This document shows positions 51,301 through 63,934 of a stretch of 64,000 nucleotides of DNA, one piece after another. The notes below the pieces were generated by a model. That model made no database searches and was not told where the DNA came from. It worked only from the letters and a program-made list of their open reading frames with translations. Numbering within the stretch: position 1 is the first letter of the stretch; the number at the start of each line of letters is the position of its first letter. Made by a program: the position numbers and the translations under genes. This stretch comes from Mytilus trossulus. Taxonomy: Eukaryota. The DNA is taken from contig NC_086382.1 of the NCBI RefSeq assembly GCF_036588685.1, positions 56,668,001 to 56,732,000 on the forward strand. Reading direction: 5' to 3'.

Positions 51301-54300
51301 TTGTATTACCATTATACATTTTGTTTTACAATAATACATTTTGTATTACCATAATACATTTTGTATTACCATTATACATTTTGTTTTACCATTATACATT
51401 TTGTATTACCATTATACATTTTGTATTACCATTATACAGCATTACTTCTTTAACGGCTGATGTAGGTTTTGTCTATTCATAGTACAATTATACAAATTGT
51501 TTAAATTTTATGGAAAGCATATATTAAAAACTTGTATATACTAGGCACCTCGAAAGGATCACAGAACGACACTGTATGACACTCGTCTGCTGTTAAGACG
51601 CCTTGACAGCTATAACATATACGTCCGTCATATTGCGTTGTATCTATAGAAAAACAAGGAAAAAGGGAAGAAAATTGAAACGCCAGTATAAAGAATACAA
51701 GATTGTTGAACAAATAAAAATATGAACATACTTGAGAACTATTAGTATAGCTTTATCTCCAAGTATATAAAGTGTTAAAACTTATTTTATTGCGACGCAA
51801 TTTTGAAACAATAAAACTTATCATATATCTATAAACACACATCGTTATATTTTTAAAAAACGCGGTGTATAACATATTAGCAAATTGATCAGTTTTGGGA
51901 AACATCTTTTCGATATTTTGAAATTTGTCAACATGATTGAATACGTCTTCTGTGTTCTAGCTTGTAGTATAAAGGTATAAAATTCAGATTGAATCGTGTA
52001 ATTACACAAACTGATAAATTGAAAAGATCCCGAAAAAAACAATTAATTCTAACCCAAAATAAAGGTAAAAACAATTCAAATCCAGTAGGTACTATTTAGT
52101 GACAGATATGGAAACGCTATATTTGTTTAATTATGAAGATTTCATTCTAAAGTCTTTAATTAAACAAGTTTCTAATTTTTTTCAGGACTCATTTTGCTGC
52201 TTTCAGATTCATGTACATTGTATTTCTTCCTTTTTCTTTCAGTCCTTTAAGTGACTAACTCTGTTTTATCCGAGACGGTATTCATAAAGGGAACATTTTG
52301 ATATCACAAGGAGTCCATGCAAAAATATGAAATAAACATAAAAAAGAGTCTTCTGTAAAAAGACCCTAGTTTTTGGTGGGGTTCGTGTTGTTTATTCTTT
52401 AGTTTTCTATGTTGTGTCATGTGTACTATTGTTTTTCTGTTTGTCTTTTTCATTTTTAGCCATGGCGTTGTCAGTTTGTTTTAGATTTACGAGTTTGACT
52501 GTCCCTTTGGTATCTTTCGTCCCTCTTTTATCACCAATTGTTGCTTTATAAAACAAAATGAGTTCACATATGGAAATAGAACAGACGGAACGATACAGAC
52601 TATTATAGTTAACAAATGGTGAATATCATTATTCCGTTGTTCTTGTTAAAAGGGAAACAGTGTTTTACTTTGATTGTTAGTAAATTAATACATAAATGAT
52701 AATCAAGTCTTTTCCTCTGCCTTGTCTATGAAGTATTTGATAGACTTAGGATTTTCTTGTCAAAGAATGTATTAATTATATGTATTTTGCAAAATCTTTC
52801 GGTATCTTTTTTCTTAAAAGCTCTTAAACTTCGTTCAATATTTTGCCTATTAACATTTTTGGTTCGAGCGTTTCTGTTGATTTATTTGTAGACGAAACAT
52901 AGTGTCTTATTGGAGTTTTGCCACATCAGTAAAAACTTAAGTAGTATGGATATGTCTTTTGTCAAGAGGTAAGGTATTTATTGAATGCTTTTATTTTATC
53001 ATGAACAATAATCTCAAAAAGTTATTGCTCTGAATTAATTTTGCAATAACCATTCGTAGCATATATCAATGATGTGCACCGATGAATTACTATACTATTC
53101 TGATTGTGTGTTATGAACATTGTGGCAGCTATTGTCAAATGATTGAATTACCTTACGCAATAATCGTGCAAAGACGGTAGAACATTTTTATCTTTATATA
53201 ATATTATATCCATCTGATTATATACATGTATGATAACCTATTTTTTTTAAATTGTTGCCTTTAATCTTGGATTTATCAACATAAAGCTTGGAACTTCCAA
53301 ATTTAATCTTGGAATTATCAAGTTTAATCTTGGAATTATCAATTTTAATCTTGGAATCAGCAATTTTATCTTGTGATTATCAATTTTAATTTTGTAATTA
53401 TCAATTTTAATCTTGGAATCATTAATTTTATCTTGTGATTATCAATTTTTATCTCGTAATTATCAATTTTAGTCTTGTAATTATCAATTTTATCTTGTAA
53501 TTATGAACATCAATCTTGGAATTATCAACATTTGTCTTTGAATAATCAAATTTAACCTTGGCATTTCTAATTTTAATCATGGAATTATCGAACATTAATT
53601 TTGGAATTGTCAACTTTAATCTTGGATTTATCAACATTAATCTTGGAATTATCACCATTAGTTTTGGAATTATCAACATCAATCTTGGTATTATGAATTT
53701 TAATCTTGGAATTATCAAAATAATCTAAGAATTATCAACATTAAACTTGGAAATTCCAAATTCCATGTTTTGACCCTCGTTTGTCCGACACTGATTTTCC
53801 GACTTTCATTAACCAAGTAAATTTCTAACTTTTTACCTCTGCTAAACAGTGCACTTCAAGTGTGCTTTACTTTACTTTTTGTCATTCATTAGTATTCCCA
53901 CTATACCAATATTACTTTGGAAAAAAAATAAATAACCAATTTAAACAAAGTCATTTAACTTATTAAAGCAAGAAATGTTATTGGTAGTATGGTGGAAACA
54001 TCAAATATTCAAGCATATTGAAAAAGACCTTTCTTTTAAATCAAGTGTCCTTTGCTATTTCTATTCAATCCCTGATATCAATTTAAGTTATTGTGCAAAT
54101 ATACCATGGATTGTTTTAACTTAACGGGACATTTTCTTCGAGACATAAAAAAAAAATATGATTTTGTTTTGATTAATCATTTTTAGAATCCAATTTGGTT
54201 CACTTTATCAAACTAAAATAAGGAACGACACCGTTGATAAAATTGTTCACTTGCAAGTACAAAATTCGACCTCTTTGAATCCATATTCATGCAACCAACA

Positions 54301-57300
54301 ATTTGACTCCATAGATATAGATGGTCACGCATGAATTAGGAGTGTTCCTTCATTAAAAGAAAAATAGTGTCAAAATTGACAGTGAAACAAAGGTAAACCA
54401 TTTGATGACTGTTTCAATCCACAAAAGCATGTTGTAAGGAATATATCTATATATTTGTGGTAAAATTATTCCTTTGAACACCTAAACCATTCTCCTAACA
54501 TTTTGACTGATGATACTGGCGGCCGGATTTGTCATAAAATTAGAAAAAAAATCTCAAAATCTACTTATTATATATAAGTTAACAATTATTTTACAAGGTT
54601 TAGTTTGATGCTAGTATATAAGATTTTAAATTCATTGATTTTTTCCAATTGTATCACATATTTTGAGTATAAATCCCGAACGCAATTTTAACGAGACTCA
54701 ATCATCAGAAGAATACATGCTAAAGTATGATTTTCTATTGAAACGAGATCAAGAAGGGAAGACTTACTTACAGCATCATTTTATAATGATTTTATAGATT
54801 TTATTCCATTTTTGGTTTGGAAGATCACAACAGTTATTTAACGGATCGTGTAAAAAAAAACTATGTTGGTATTTTACATCAATGTTTTGTTTATGCATAT
54901 ACGTTGGTTATTTTTATTTATGAGACTTTGAACTAATGTGTTTTCTTCTAAAGTCTTGATAAGCGAGGCGGAAGATACCAAAGTGATATTATAATCCTAT
55001 AAAAAAAAATATACAGAAAATGAATAAAAGACAAACAAAAGTTTCAAAGCACTAAATGAAAACTTAAGACTACGAACCCCACAAACTTCGGAGACTTCTC
55101 AAGTGCTTCACAAGGCTCAAAAGATACAGCTCCACATGTGGCACCAGATTAGCTTAACAAATAACCATGTGTTAATTCAGTCGGCATAATGTTTTCGTAA
55201 TGTAATCCGTTGATGTTTACGATGGACGTTATATGAACCGCGACAATGAAATCAAACTAATTCATGTTATTGAAGTTGGTCCTCCCATTTTCGGATTTTT
55301 AGCTAATGATATAAGATAACTTACCTTCTCCACATCCATATGTATTACAAAGATTGGAGGAGCAACATTGGAAACAGGCAAGAGAGCTATTAAATTCATC
55401 TGTATTGGTGTGACATGTCTGTTTATGGAAACAAAAGAACTGTCATGTTAGTATTATTTAGTATTGATAATTTAAAGGGTCGCTAGCTTCGAGTATATAC
55501 AAAATATAAAATATATTTGTTTTTGTTCAATTATTTATGCAAGTGGAATAGTGAAATTATATATCGCTTTTAGGAAACAGTATGGTTCAATGTTGTCATA
55601 TTAATCTAAGGAACATTGAGGATGAATTATTCACTTGCAAGTGAATCATTCGACTTCATTGAATTCCTGCTCATGTGAACATTAATTTAACACCTTAGCT
55701 AGATAAAGATATCGCATGCAGTGTGGGTGTTCAATTATTCAAAGGAAAAGAATCAACATCGAAAATGAAACAAAGGTAAATCATTTGATTGATTGATTCG
55801 ATCCACCAAAAAAATCACTTATACATGTCAAAACATATATTTAATCTATAATATGAAATTAAAAAGACATGGAAAAACTCGAAATGCACGAGTCTGATAC
55901 TGTCTATATCTATATTTATGTTTATATCGCTGATATAACAATCGAAGGTCCTAGAGGGTCAACTCGACAGTTCAACAGAACGCGTCTAGATTACAATACA
56001 CACAAAACGAAGCTATATTTTATCGAGCCCAGGCGTGGTATAATGTATATTTTAGTTTTTTTTTTTTATAATTTGATAAATGCTTTGCATTGTTATACAT
56101 CAAATATGAGAATTTGAGAAAAATCGATGAAAATATGATGTGTATATTGCGGAACGAATATCTGCTAATGAAGTATTATTTCACGTTCTTTCAATTAATG
56201 TTGTAAACTTGCTGTTGAGAATAAATATACGTGATATATAACATAAGATCGAATGTGTATGTTGTTCTTTTTATAATGCATTAACATAATATGATGGTTT
56301 TGTACATTTATACAAGCGAGAGAATAGCCTTGCTTTAAAACTAAGTTTAATCAACGATTTTTAAATAAGAAAATGCCCGAACCAATAGATATAATATTGG
56401 CATGAGTGGAAATGATCGAGACAACTTTCAATCCTAGTCACAATGTGTTAAATTATATCCTCATATTCCATAGATCGGTCTCAAACACAGAGCCTTGTCT
56501 CACAGAACAGCAAACTATAACAGACTTCAATCATGACTTGTGTAAAACCATTTAAACTGGAAACTTAAGGGTCTATAAATATAGGAAGATGTGGTATGAG
56601 TGTCAATTAGACAACTCTCCATCCAAGTAACAATTTATAAAAAAAAACAATAAAGGTCAAGGTACGGCCTTAAAAATGGTGCCTTTGCTCACATCGAACA
56701 GCAAGCTATAACGGGACCTAAAAAATACTAGTGTAAAACCATTCAAGCTGGAAAATCAACGGTTAAATCTATAAAAAAAAAAACGAGAAATGAGAAACAC
56801 TTATGAACCCCATCAACAAACGAATGCAGCGGGTTTTAACTTCTCAATATGTACCAACCTTCACCCTAACCTGAGATTACTAGTATAGTGTAAATTCACT
56901 ACATCGAAGGACTCACTATAAAATATCAATTGGAATGGCCTAACGCAATCAATAGACATGTTTACAATAACAAGAGAACATTCATAAAAGGAATAGATTT
57001 GTTTTATGACACAATGTAAAACAACATAAATAAAACAAAAATAGAAAGGGGACTGAGATGCACAACAAAAATAAGAAAGACATCTATGGACTTCGACAAA
57101 ATGCCGTTGAATAATATAACGTACACAGGTAATTAAAAAAGAAGTTTTGTAAAATAGGGACGAAAGATACCAAAAGGACAGTCAAACTCATAAATCTAAA
57201 ACAAACTGACAACGCCATGGCTAAAAATGAAAAAGACAAACAGACAAACAATAGTACACATGACACAACATAGAAAACTAAAGAATAAACAACACGAACC

Positions 57301-60300
57301 CCACCAAAAACTAGGGGTTATCTCAGGTGCTCCGGAAGGGTAAACAGATCCTGCTCCACATGTAGCATCCGTCGTGTTGCTTATGTGATAACAAATCCGG
57401 TAAATAGTCTAATTCGGTAGGTCACATTCATGAAAGGGAAGGGGATGGATTGTAGTTACGACGTAAGAACATATCCGATTTCATTTGTGAAACGGCGTCC
57501 GTAAAATTTACGAAGGGATGATATCAATTTCCCTATTTGGAACTCTTGGTTTAATAGCTTCCTTGTGAGCAGCAGCCCTCTATCAAGAAAATCATGATAG
57601 CAAATGCAAGCACGGGAATATCGTTTCAATTGGGAGATATATACGCCGTATGCAGGTGCTGCTGGGATGTTGCTACTCAGAAATGGAAAGTTCACATTTG
57701 GAAAGCTGAAATCATCTCTGGAAATTGTAAGGAGTGCATAGAGTTCAAAAATATATTTAAAAAAATAGATAAATTTATAGTTCAGAGTACGAGAACAGAA
57801 GTCATAATCTATCGTTATGCTAAATACCTATCAAAAAGATGGTATATATATTTATTTAAAAAAAATAATGAGGCGAGATATAACACAAAATAAGTAAACA
57901 TTGAATATAAAAAATACCATGGCAACACAAAGACGCAAATAAGAAACGAAAGACAAACAGCAATATACATACAGCTGAATATAATTATCAAAAATACCAG
58001 GATTATAACTTAGTACGCCAGACGCGCGTTTCGTCCACATAAGACTCATCAGTGACGCTCATATCAAAATATTAATAAAGCCACACAAGTAAAAAGTTGA
58101 AGAGCATTGAGGATCCAAAATTATAAAAAATTGTGCCAAATACGTCTAAGGTAATCTATGCCTGGAATAAGAAAATCCTTAGTTTTTCGAAAAATTCAAA
58201 GTTTAGTAAACAGGAAATTTATAGAAATGACTGTCCCTATGGTATCTTTCGTCCCTCTTTTATATACCATAAAATGAATCAAATATCTCATATACTTTAT
58301 AAGAAATGTTGATTTTTTTTTAAATATATGAGATATCTCATTTCCGTTTTAAGATATCTTATGTATGTAGTTTATACGATGTCTTATATAATTGATTAGA
58401 AATCTTATAAAAAAAATCATATAAGATATCTTGTAATTTATAGTATAACTATGTAAGACATTATATTAAACTATATGAGATAACTTATAATATACATAAG
58501 ATATCTGATGAACTATGTAAGAGATCTATAAGATATCTCATATTATATATGAGATATCTTATTTAATATTATCTATAAAATATCTTATATACTCTTTCTT
58601 TTATAAGATATCTTATTTAATCTTTCTTTTATCTCATATGATATCGTATATAATCTGTTGAATAGATATATCTGATATTATCTTTCTTTTATAAGATATT
58701 TTCTATAATTTATCATATTTATAAGATATCTTCTGAATTATATTAGCTATATTACAAACTATATAAGATATCTTATAAACTATATAAGATATCTTATAAA
58801 CTATATAAGATATCTCATGAATTGTACAAGATATCTTATTAACTATATGTAAGATATCTCATGAATTATATAATATATCTTATAAACTATATAAGATATC
58901 TTAGAAAGTTGATAGTTATCTTGAGGTTAGAGTAAAAAGTAAAACGGCTTGCCATAAGCAATACTCAATCAAGGAAATTATGGTCGGGAATGCAGGCTCT
59001 GGAATATATATACTTAATTTGCAAAAGTTTTGTTTTCAACATTTACATATTCTACATGCTTCTTTTTGTAACTTCATGGGGTGTAAAAGAGTTGACCGAA
59101 GTTCATTCTACAATTGTACGCATGGTCAACGCTTTTACAACCCTATGTAAAATTCTCAGCATAATAAACCTTATTGCTATGAGTAAATATTGTCTACTCA
59201 ATTACTGGTAGTATTGGCTCTCTTACTGGGATCGTCACTTTTTTCCTAAATCATGTACACCAAAAAAAATATTCTACAGGATCAACATTCTCGTTATGTA
59301 CTCACGTTTGGAGTCATACATCCGCTTTTGTAGATTATCTCCCCTGTTTTGTCTGTAATTCGCTCAACACCACATATCTGAAGGAAACAATGTATTTATA
59401 ATATATTGCGGTTCAGTTCCAGACGAGGAATATAAAGTTATTCTAAAGATAATATCATAACAATTTTGTTCTGATATATAAAAAATGTCATATCAAATAA
59501 ATCATTACTCACAAAATGAAATGAGGTCGCAAAGTAACTCGCTAGAAAGAAGCAAACATCGATAACCATAATATTATAGTCTATTTTTCAACGTCCGACT
59601 GTAACGCCTAATCAAACATGTTAAAAAAATCAATCGAAAAGTAACGCAGTTCACGTAAGGAATGAAAAATACCTCGATCGAATATTTATAAGAATGACTC
59701 ATACACCAAAGCTGTTATAGTAAATATAAGTAAAACAATACCTGATTATCAGAGCATTCTTGGACGTGTTCACAAAATCGTGGATGTCGAATCCCAGGAC
59801 AGTTGAAGCATGTCAGAGCTAGCGTTAAAATTAAAAACCAGTTTGATATATTATATACGTATCCTAGCTGAATTCATCACTTTCTAATATAATTAGGAAT
59901 ACAATTTTGCACGTCAGACTCGCGTTTTGTCTACAAATGATAATATAATAGAACTATTCAGCTTTTTTTTAACCTATCATGTTGCCAGAACTTTTCATTT
60001 TAGCTATTTACTATTTACTTCAAATGTTTTAAATAGCTTGATACTAAACAGTAGCTTGCAATATTTGTATTCGTGTTGGATGATAAAGGAAAGGAGTGAA
60101 CATTAGAGATGTTTAACCACGAAGATAGACATTTACAAAAATAAATTCATTTTACATAGTTTTAAAGACATCAACAATGTTTTTATGGTTTGAGATATAA
60201 AGTAAAATACCAAAAATACCAAAACGATAAGTTTTTTTTATCAATTTGCAAAATTAAAAGCTTGAACAAATGAATAAGAAACAACTGTCATATTCCTGAC

Positions 60301-62156
60301 TTGCTGCAGGAATTTCCGTATGTAGAAAATGATGAATTCAATCTAGTTTTATAGCTAGCTAAACCTCTCACATGTATGCCAGTCGCATAGAATTTCATTT
60401 TATTTACAACAATAGGTTAGCAAAACAAACAGATGTTAATGTTTGTGTCATTTTGGTCTTTTGTGGATAGTTGTCTCATTGGCAATCATACCACATCTTC
60501 TTTTTTATATAGACATAATAGTTAAAATTGTCAAACATTGACGTTCTGGATACAATTGAACTTTGTAAACATGTATACCTGAACAGCTAACTGCCTGTAA
60601 AAACAGCAACACAAGGTTACCTGAAAAAATGTGTAGAATAATTGTGAATTTCAAATTGAAGTCGCTAAAAATGAAACTACGGTTCAAATATGAATTAAGA
60701 TGATTAAGTATATTTCTATAAGTAATTTTTTGTCTCAAAGATAGTATTTTTTTTTATATTTTTTCAAATAAATTCATGAATTTAACTTCATCATTTGGAA
60801 CTCTTGGTTTAATAGTTTCCTTTTGATTAGCAACCCTGTAACAAGAAAATCATAATTAGAAATACAATCCTGTACTGATCCCGATGTTGCATGAATGCCT
60901 GACATTATCATGTGACGTGTTTTTGCAAAATGAAACTGGACACGGTAAAAACGGATGTATTCTTATATTAATTGCTTCAAAAGACCATAGTCTGTCACAT
61001 GGTATGTGTTGTCATTTAAGCGATATGTGTTTAACATTTACATAAACGGGAGGTTTGGCTTGCAATAAACCAGGTTCAACCAAAATTTGTTCTTTAAAGG
61101 TCCTGTACCAAGTCAGGAATATGACAGTTGATATCAAACAGTTAGTTTCTATGCTACTTATTTAATGTGTTAAACTGAAAACTCGGCGATTCATCAATCT
61201 AGTCTCTTGTACATACCATTGTGCCGTCATATAGCTAAGCTTTTACCGGCTTCAAATATCAACATCTGAAGTCAAGTGCTCGGAGCACAAAAAGCATGCT
61301 CGAAATATGAAATCCAGCATTTTGATTGGTTTATTTTGGAGTATGAGTATAAAAACTGAGTCGCAATTTTTATGACATCATGGCCAGGTATTTTAAATCT
61401 TTTGTACGCTTCGGAATGTAACACCATTTGAAGGAAAAGAAGATCCTCGGGAGAAAGTTGAGAAGTTTCGTATATTATTTGAGAAATTATATACATGTTT
61501 GTTCGTTGCAATGGTTGAACACACATTGCTATATCTTTGGCCGTCATCAATGACCTTACTAATTTATAATGGATATGTCGTAATATTGTCTTATGATGAT
61601 GGATACGCCATTGAAATAAATACAAATTTAGAATCACTTTTTTGTTTTAATTGTATCACACTCTGTGAAATATGATACGTGAATTAGCTCTGCATGCAAA
61701 AACAAAGCAACAGACCGCAACCATAAGTGATATAACTTTTTCGACATCAAAATGCAGTTCAACGAGTTCTATAAATGCACATAAACTTTAGTAACGCATA
61801 CTCCGTCTTTCTATATGTATTGCAATTACCAACTTAACGGTTAAATAAAACAAAATGTTTCTCGGTAAACGTGGTCAATAACAATACTTAAAAAATAAAA
61901 GCATCAATTGTGTAGGCTATATGACTTACCTCTTTATAAATATGATATATTAGTAAGGCATACAATTTAACGATCATTAGCAAATCAATGGTGTGTAGTA
62001 GAGAAATTAAATAAGGGACATTCAGTACTTATCAAAGCAACTCCCTTACAAGAAAGGAACTTTTTTTTCGAATAATGAATTCTCTTCGAGTGCCTTTCAA
62101 AAATGGTTGTTCCACTCAGGTTTGGTCTTTAATAAACAAAACTTACCGACTTGCAT
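42374..62156 (-). CDS. Secreted multidomain protein: signal peptide, 2 three-finger/LU(Ly6-uPAR)-like domains, P/T/S linker, EGF-like domain, IgGFc-binding protein N-terminal-type domain; about 660 aa
   Basis: Exons 62156-62147, 60620-60579, 59818-59742, 59377-59306, 55418-55325, 51643-51549, 50438-50370, 49100-48920, 48451-48341, 43605-42374 (1983 nt, all GT-AG, phases consistent). Starts MQVGNLVLLFLQAVSCSA|LTCFNCPGIRHPRFC; LU-like ends CCSSNLCN and CCDANLCN; EGF CYCLNGGTC...YRCICVHGYHGTRCE; last exon DLTGTLVTSSAPVFVISGSNC...FGLWVYG...GYGYPGG. The first exon is the least certain. Confidence 0.82.
44969..45015 (-). ncRNA. Minimal hammerhead ribozyme copy with C3->U core change (element about 44938-45126)
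   Basis: gagcguca UUGAUGA gucuuauguagac GAAA cgcgcg UC uggcgua. Confidence 0.75.
47424..47641. mobile_element. MITE with TA flanks (Tc1/mariner-like)
   Basis: ta|ctgtaaaccaactaattttcgcg ... cgcgaaaataagttggtttaca. Confidence 0.75.
47682..48142. repeat. Local direct duplication of about 150 bp
   Basis: ataagctagag..agaggaggg...ggcggtgttgtcgtagaagttag...gaatcaaatcta at about 47686 and 47997. Confidence 0.8.
51251..51438. repeat. 20-bp minisatellite, about 9 copies
   Basis: (attatacattttgtattacc)n. Confidence 0.95.
52364..52529 (+). mobile_element. Solo 3' terminus of the Penelope-like element
   Basis: Reverse complement of about 57155-57317. Confidence 0.72.
53261..53762. repeat. 21-bp minisatellite, about 24 degenerate copies
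   Basis: (aatcttggaattatcaatttt)n. Confidence 0.92.
57155..57718 (-). mobile_element. Penelope-like retroelement 3' fragment with full 3' terminus
   Basis: NFPFLSSNIPAAPAYGVYISQL.RYSRAC..YHDFLDRGLLLTRKLLNQEF. The terminal sequence also occurs alone at about 14426-14570 and 52365-52529. Confidence 0.78.
58014..58060 (-). ncRNA. Minimal type I hammerhead ribozyme, intact core, within a retrozyme-like element at about 57984-58231
   Basis: gagcgtca CUGAUGA gucu uaugu ggac GAAA cgcgcg UC/ uggcgua. Canonical core, 4-bp stem II, palindromic stem III, and stem I formed by gcguca/uggcgu. Confidence 0.85.
58280..58905. repeat. AT-rich degenerate tandem repeat with palindromic core taagatatctta
   Basis: (tataagatatcttataaacta)-like units. 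Confidence 0.8.
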
Positions 62157-62766
62157 TATTCTTTAACAAGTGTTTTCTAGATATGTTTCAATTCATATGA
62201 CGCAAAAGTTTAATCTCTGATAAACAAAACTAACCGACTAGCATAATATGGCATTGAAGGTTAAGATAGTTTTGGTCTAATCTTTTTGTGTCACGATTTA
62301 CTATAATCAGGTGATACACAGCTACATTTTGCATGTTTATTTTTGCAGTACCTTGAAGTACCGAAACGTACTTATTAAATAATGTACTTGGAAGCTATGT
62401 TGCTTTATGTTAGAACCATACTTTCATAGCTATTGTAGAAATGGAATTGAAAGTTGAATGTAACAGATTTATCTTTTAATGTGTAGTATATTGTTGGTGC
62501 AACAACTGTTCTGAAGCATTCAAGTACTTTTGAAGGTACCAGGATTATCATTTGATACGCCAGACGCGCGTTTCGTCTGCATCTTTCTATAATGGGGTAT
62601 GAAGTTTTGGAGGTACATCAATTTTTCATTTCATATTTGCTAAAGGGTGACAATTTAAAGGAATATGTATGTTGATATTAAATGTGTGAAGTCTATTTAC
62701 CAGGTCTGTGTAGGTCTCTATATTGTTCGTAAAATTTTGACTTCGAATACCTCCATATTTTACTAA

Positions 62767-63521
62767 TACCGGCGTCACACATCAGCGTAAAGTTCCGACG
62801 TACGCCAGACGTGGTTAAAAATCATGTTCTGTATCGTTTTTATCTGGCGTACAAGTAGCGTACCTAAACGTTTATCTGGCGTACAAGTAGCGTACCTAAA
62901 CGTGTATCGGGCGTTCAAGTAACGCATGTTGAATTATGCCTGGCGTTTGTCTAACGTAGATGGAATGCACGCTAAGAAGGAAAAACAAGTCTCTTGAGAC
63001 GCATTACGGTCGTTTCTGGGATGATAATACGTGCTTTTGGCGTGTCTAGGACGTTTTATTATGGGTGGTTGTTATACCGGCGTCACACATCAGCGTACGC
63101 CGGGCGTGTTGAAAAATTATGTACGCTGCCCATACGCTAATAATTTTGGATGCATTCAACCTGTCAATTATAACGTGTGCATAACGAGCTTTAAGCGTGT
63201 ATTAAACGTACGAGAAGCGTACCTAAGCGTTTATCGGCGTTCAAAAAAATTTATGTTGACGTATGCCATGGCGTAGATGGAATGTACGTTACGAAGGAAA
63301 AAGTTTCTTGAACGTATTTGAGACGCGTCCCGGTCGTATCTTTGATGTTCTATTATGTTTTTTTTTGTTACAAACACAACTGCATACGTTTTAGTTAAAG
63401 TCGGACGATCTTGAAAGCGTATACAACGTGCCTTAAATGTGTCGCAAGCTTATCTGTAGCGGCCGGCGTTCAACGCGCTTGTAGCGTATGTGATACGTGT
63501 GATACGTGCGTGTAGCAGGTA
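62767..63521. repeat. Relatively GC-rich repeat with about 307-bp internal duplication, probably transposon-derived
   Basis: taccggcgtcacacatcagcgta at about 62767 and 63074, plus a short 33-bp tandem at 62838-62903. Confidence 0.55.
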
Positions 63522-63934
63522 TACGATCATCTTCGCAAGACAAGGGTTACTATTAACACCCGTTCTCCTTATCCCTGGCGGATTGAGATAAATTTTCGGA
63601 GACATAATGTGAGACTGTTTATAATGGTTGCACTAGAAACTTGCTGCATCCAATCAAAAAGCGCCTTTAACATGATCACGTGTAAATGTAGAAAGTGTTT
63701 GTAAACAATTGCCACGTGTTACGTCTTTACATGTGACTATATTTAGTGATAACTTGAATGTTTTTAATCAACTTATAGTAGCTCCTGTGTATGTTTCATG
63801 CACAAAAGCATGAATGTTTTTTTTTCGTTTTTTTCTCGTTTCCGGCTTTACCAAGATTGTAGCATCTAGACTCCACAGTGTTTTTACCTCCAAATTGAAG
63901 AGTTCAATTGCTACAATTTTGGGGTCCTACTAAA

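Noticed and set aside
51129-51482. 117-aa hydrophobic repetitive ORF or CRISPR-like array
   Set aside because: It is a 20-bp tandem minisatellite without unique spacers, in eukaryotic DNA with no cas genes.
53449-53718. Repetitive 89-aa ORF (IIPRLKL repeats)
   Set aside because: It is the translation of an intronic 21-bp minisatellite.
57290-57380. HDV-like ribozyme in the Penelope-like 3' UTR
   Set aside because: A nested-pseudoknot pairing can be drawn loosely, but the J4/2 C-R-A and L3 signatures do not fit, and a simple closing stem explains the complementarity better.
61930-61961. Alternative first exon with ATG and a strong GTAAGT donor (minus strand)
   Set aside because: The ATG is followed by TAA after 3 codons, and the phase-1 frame also contains a stop.
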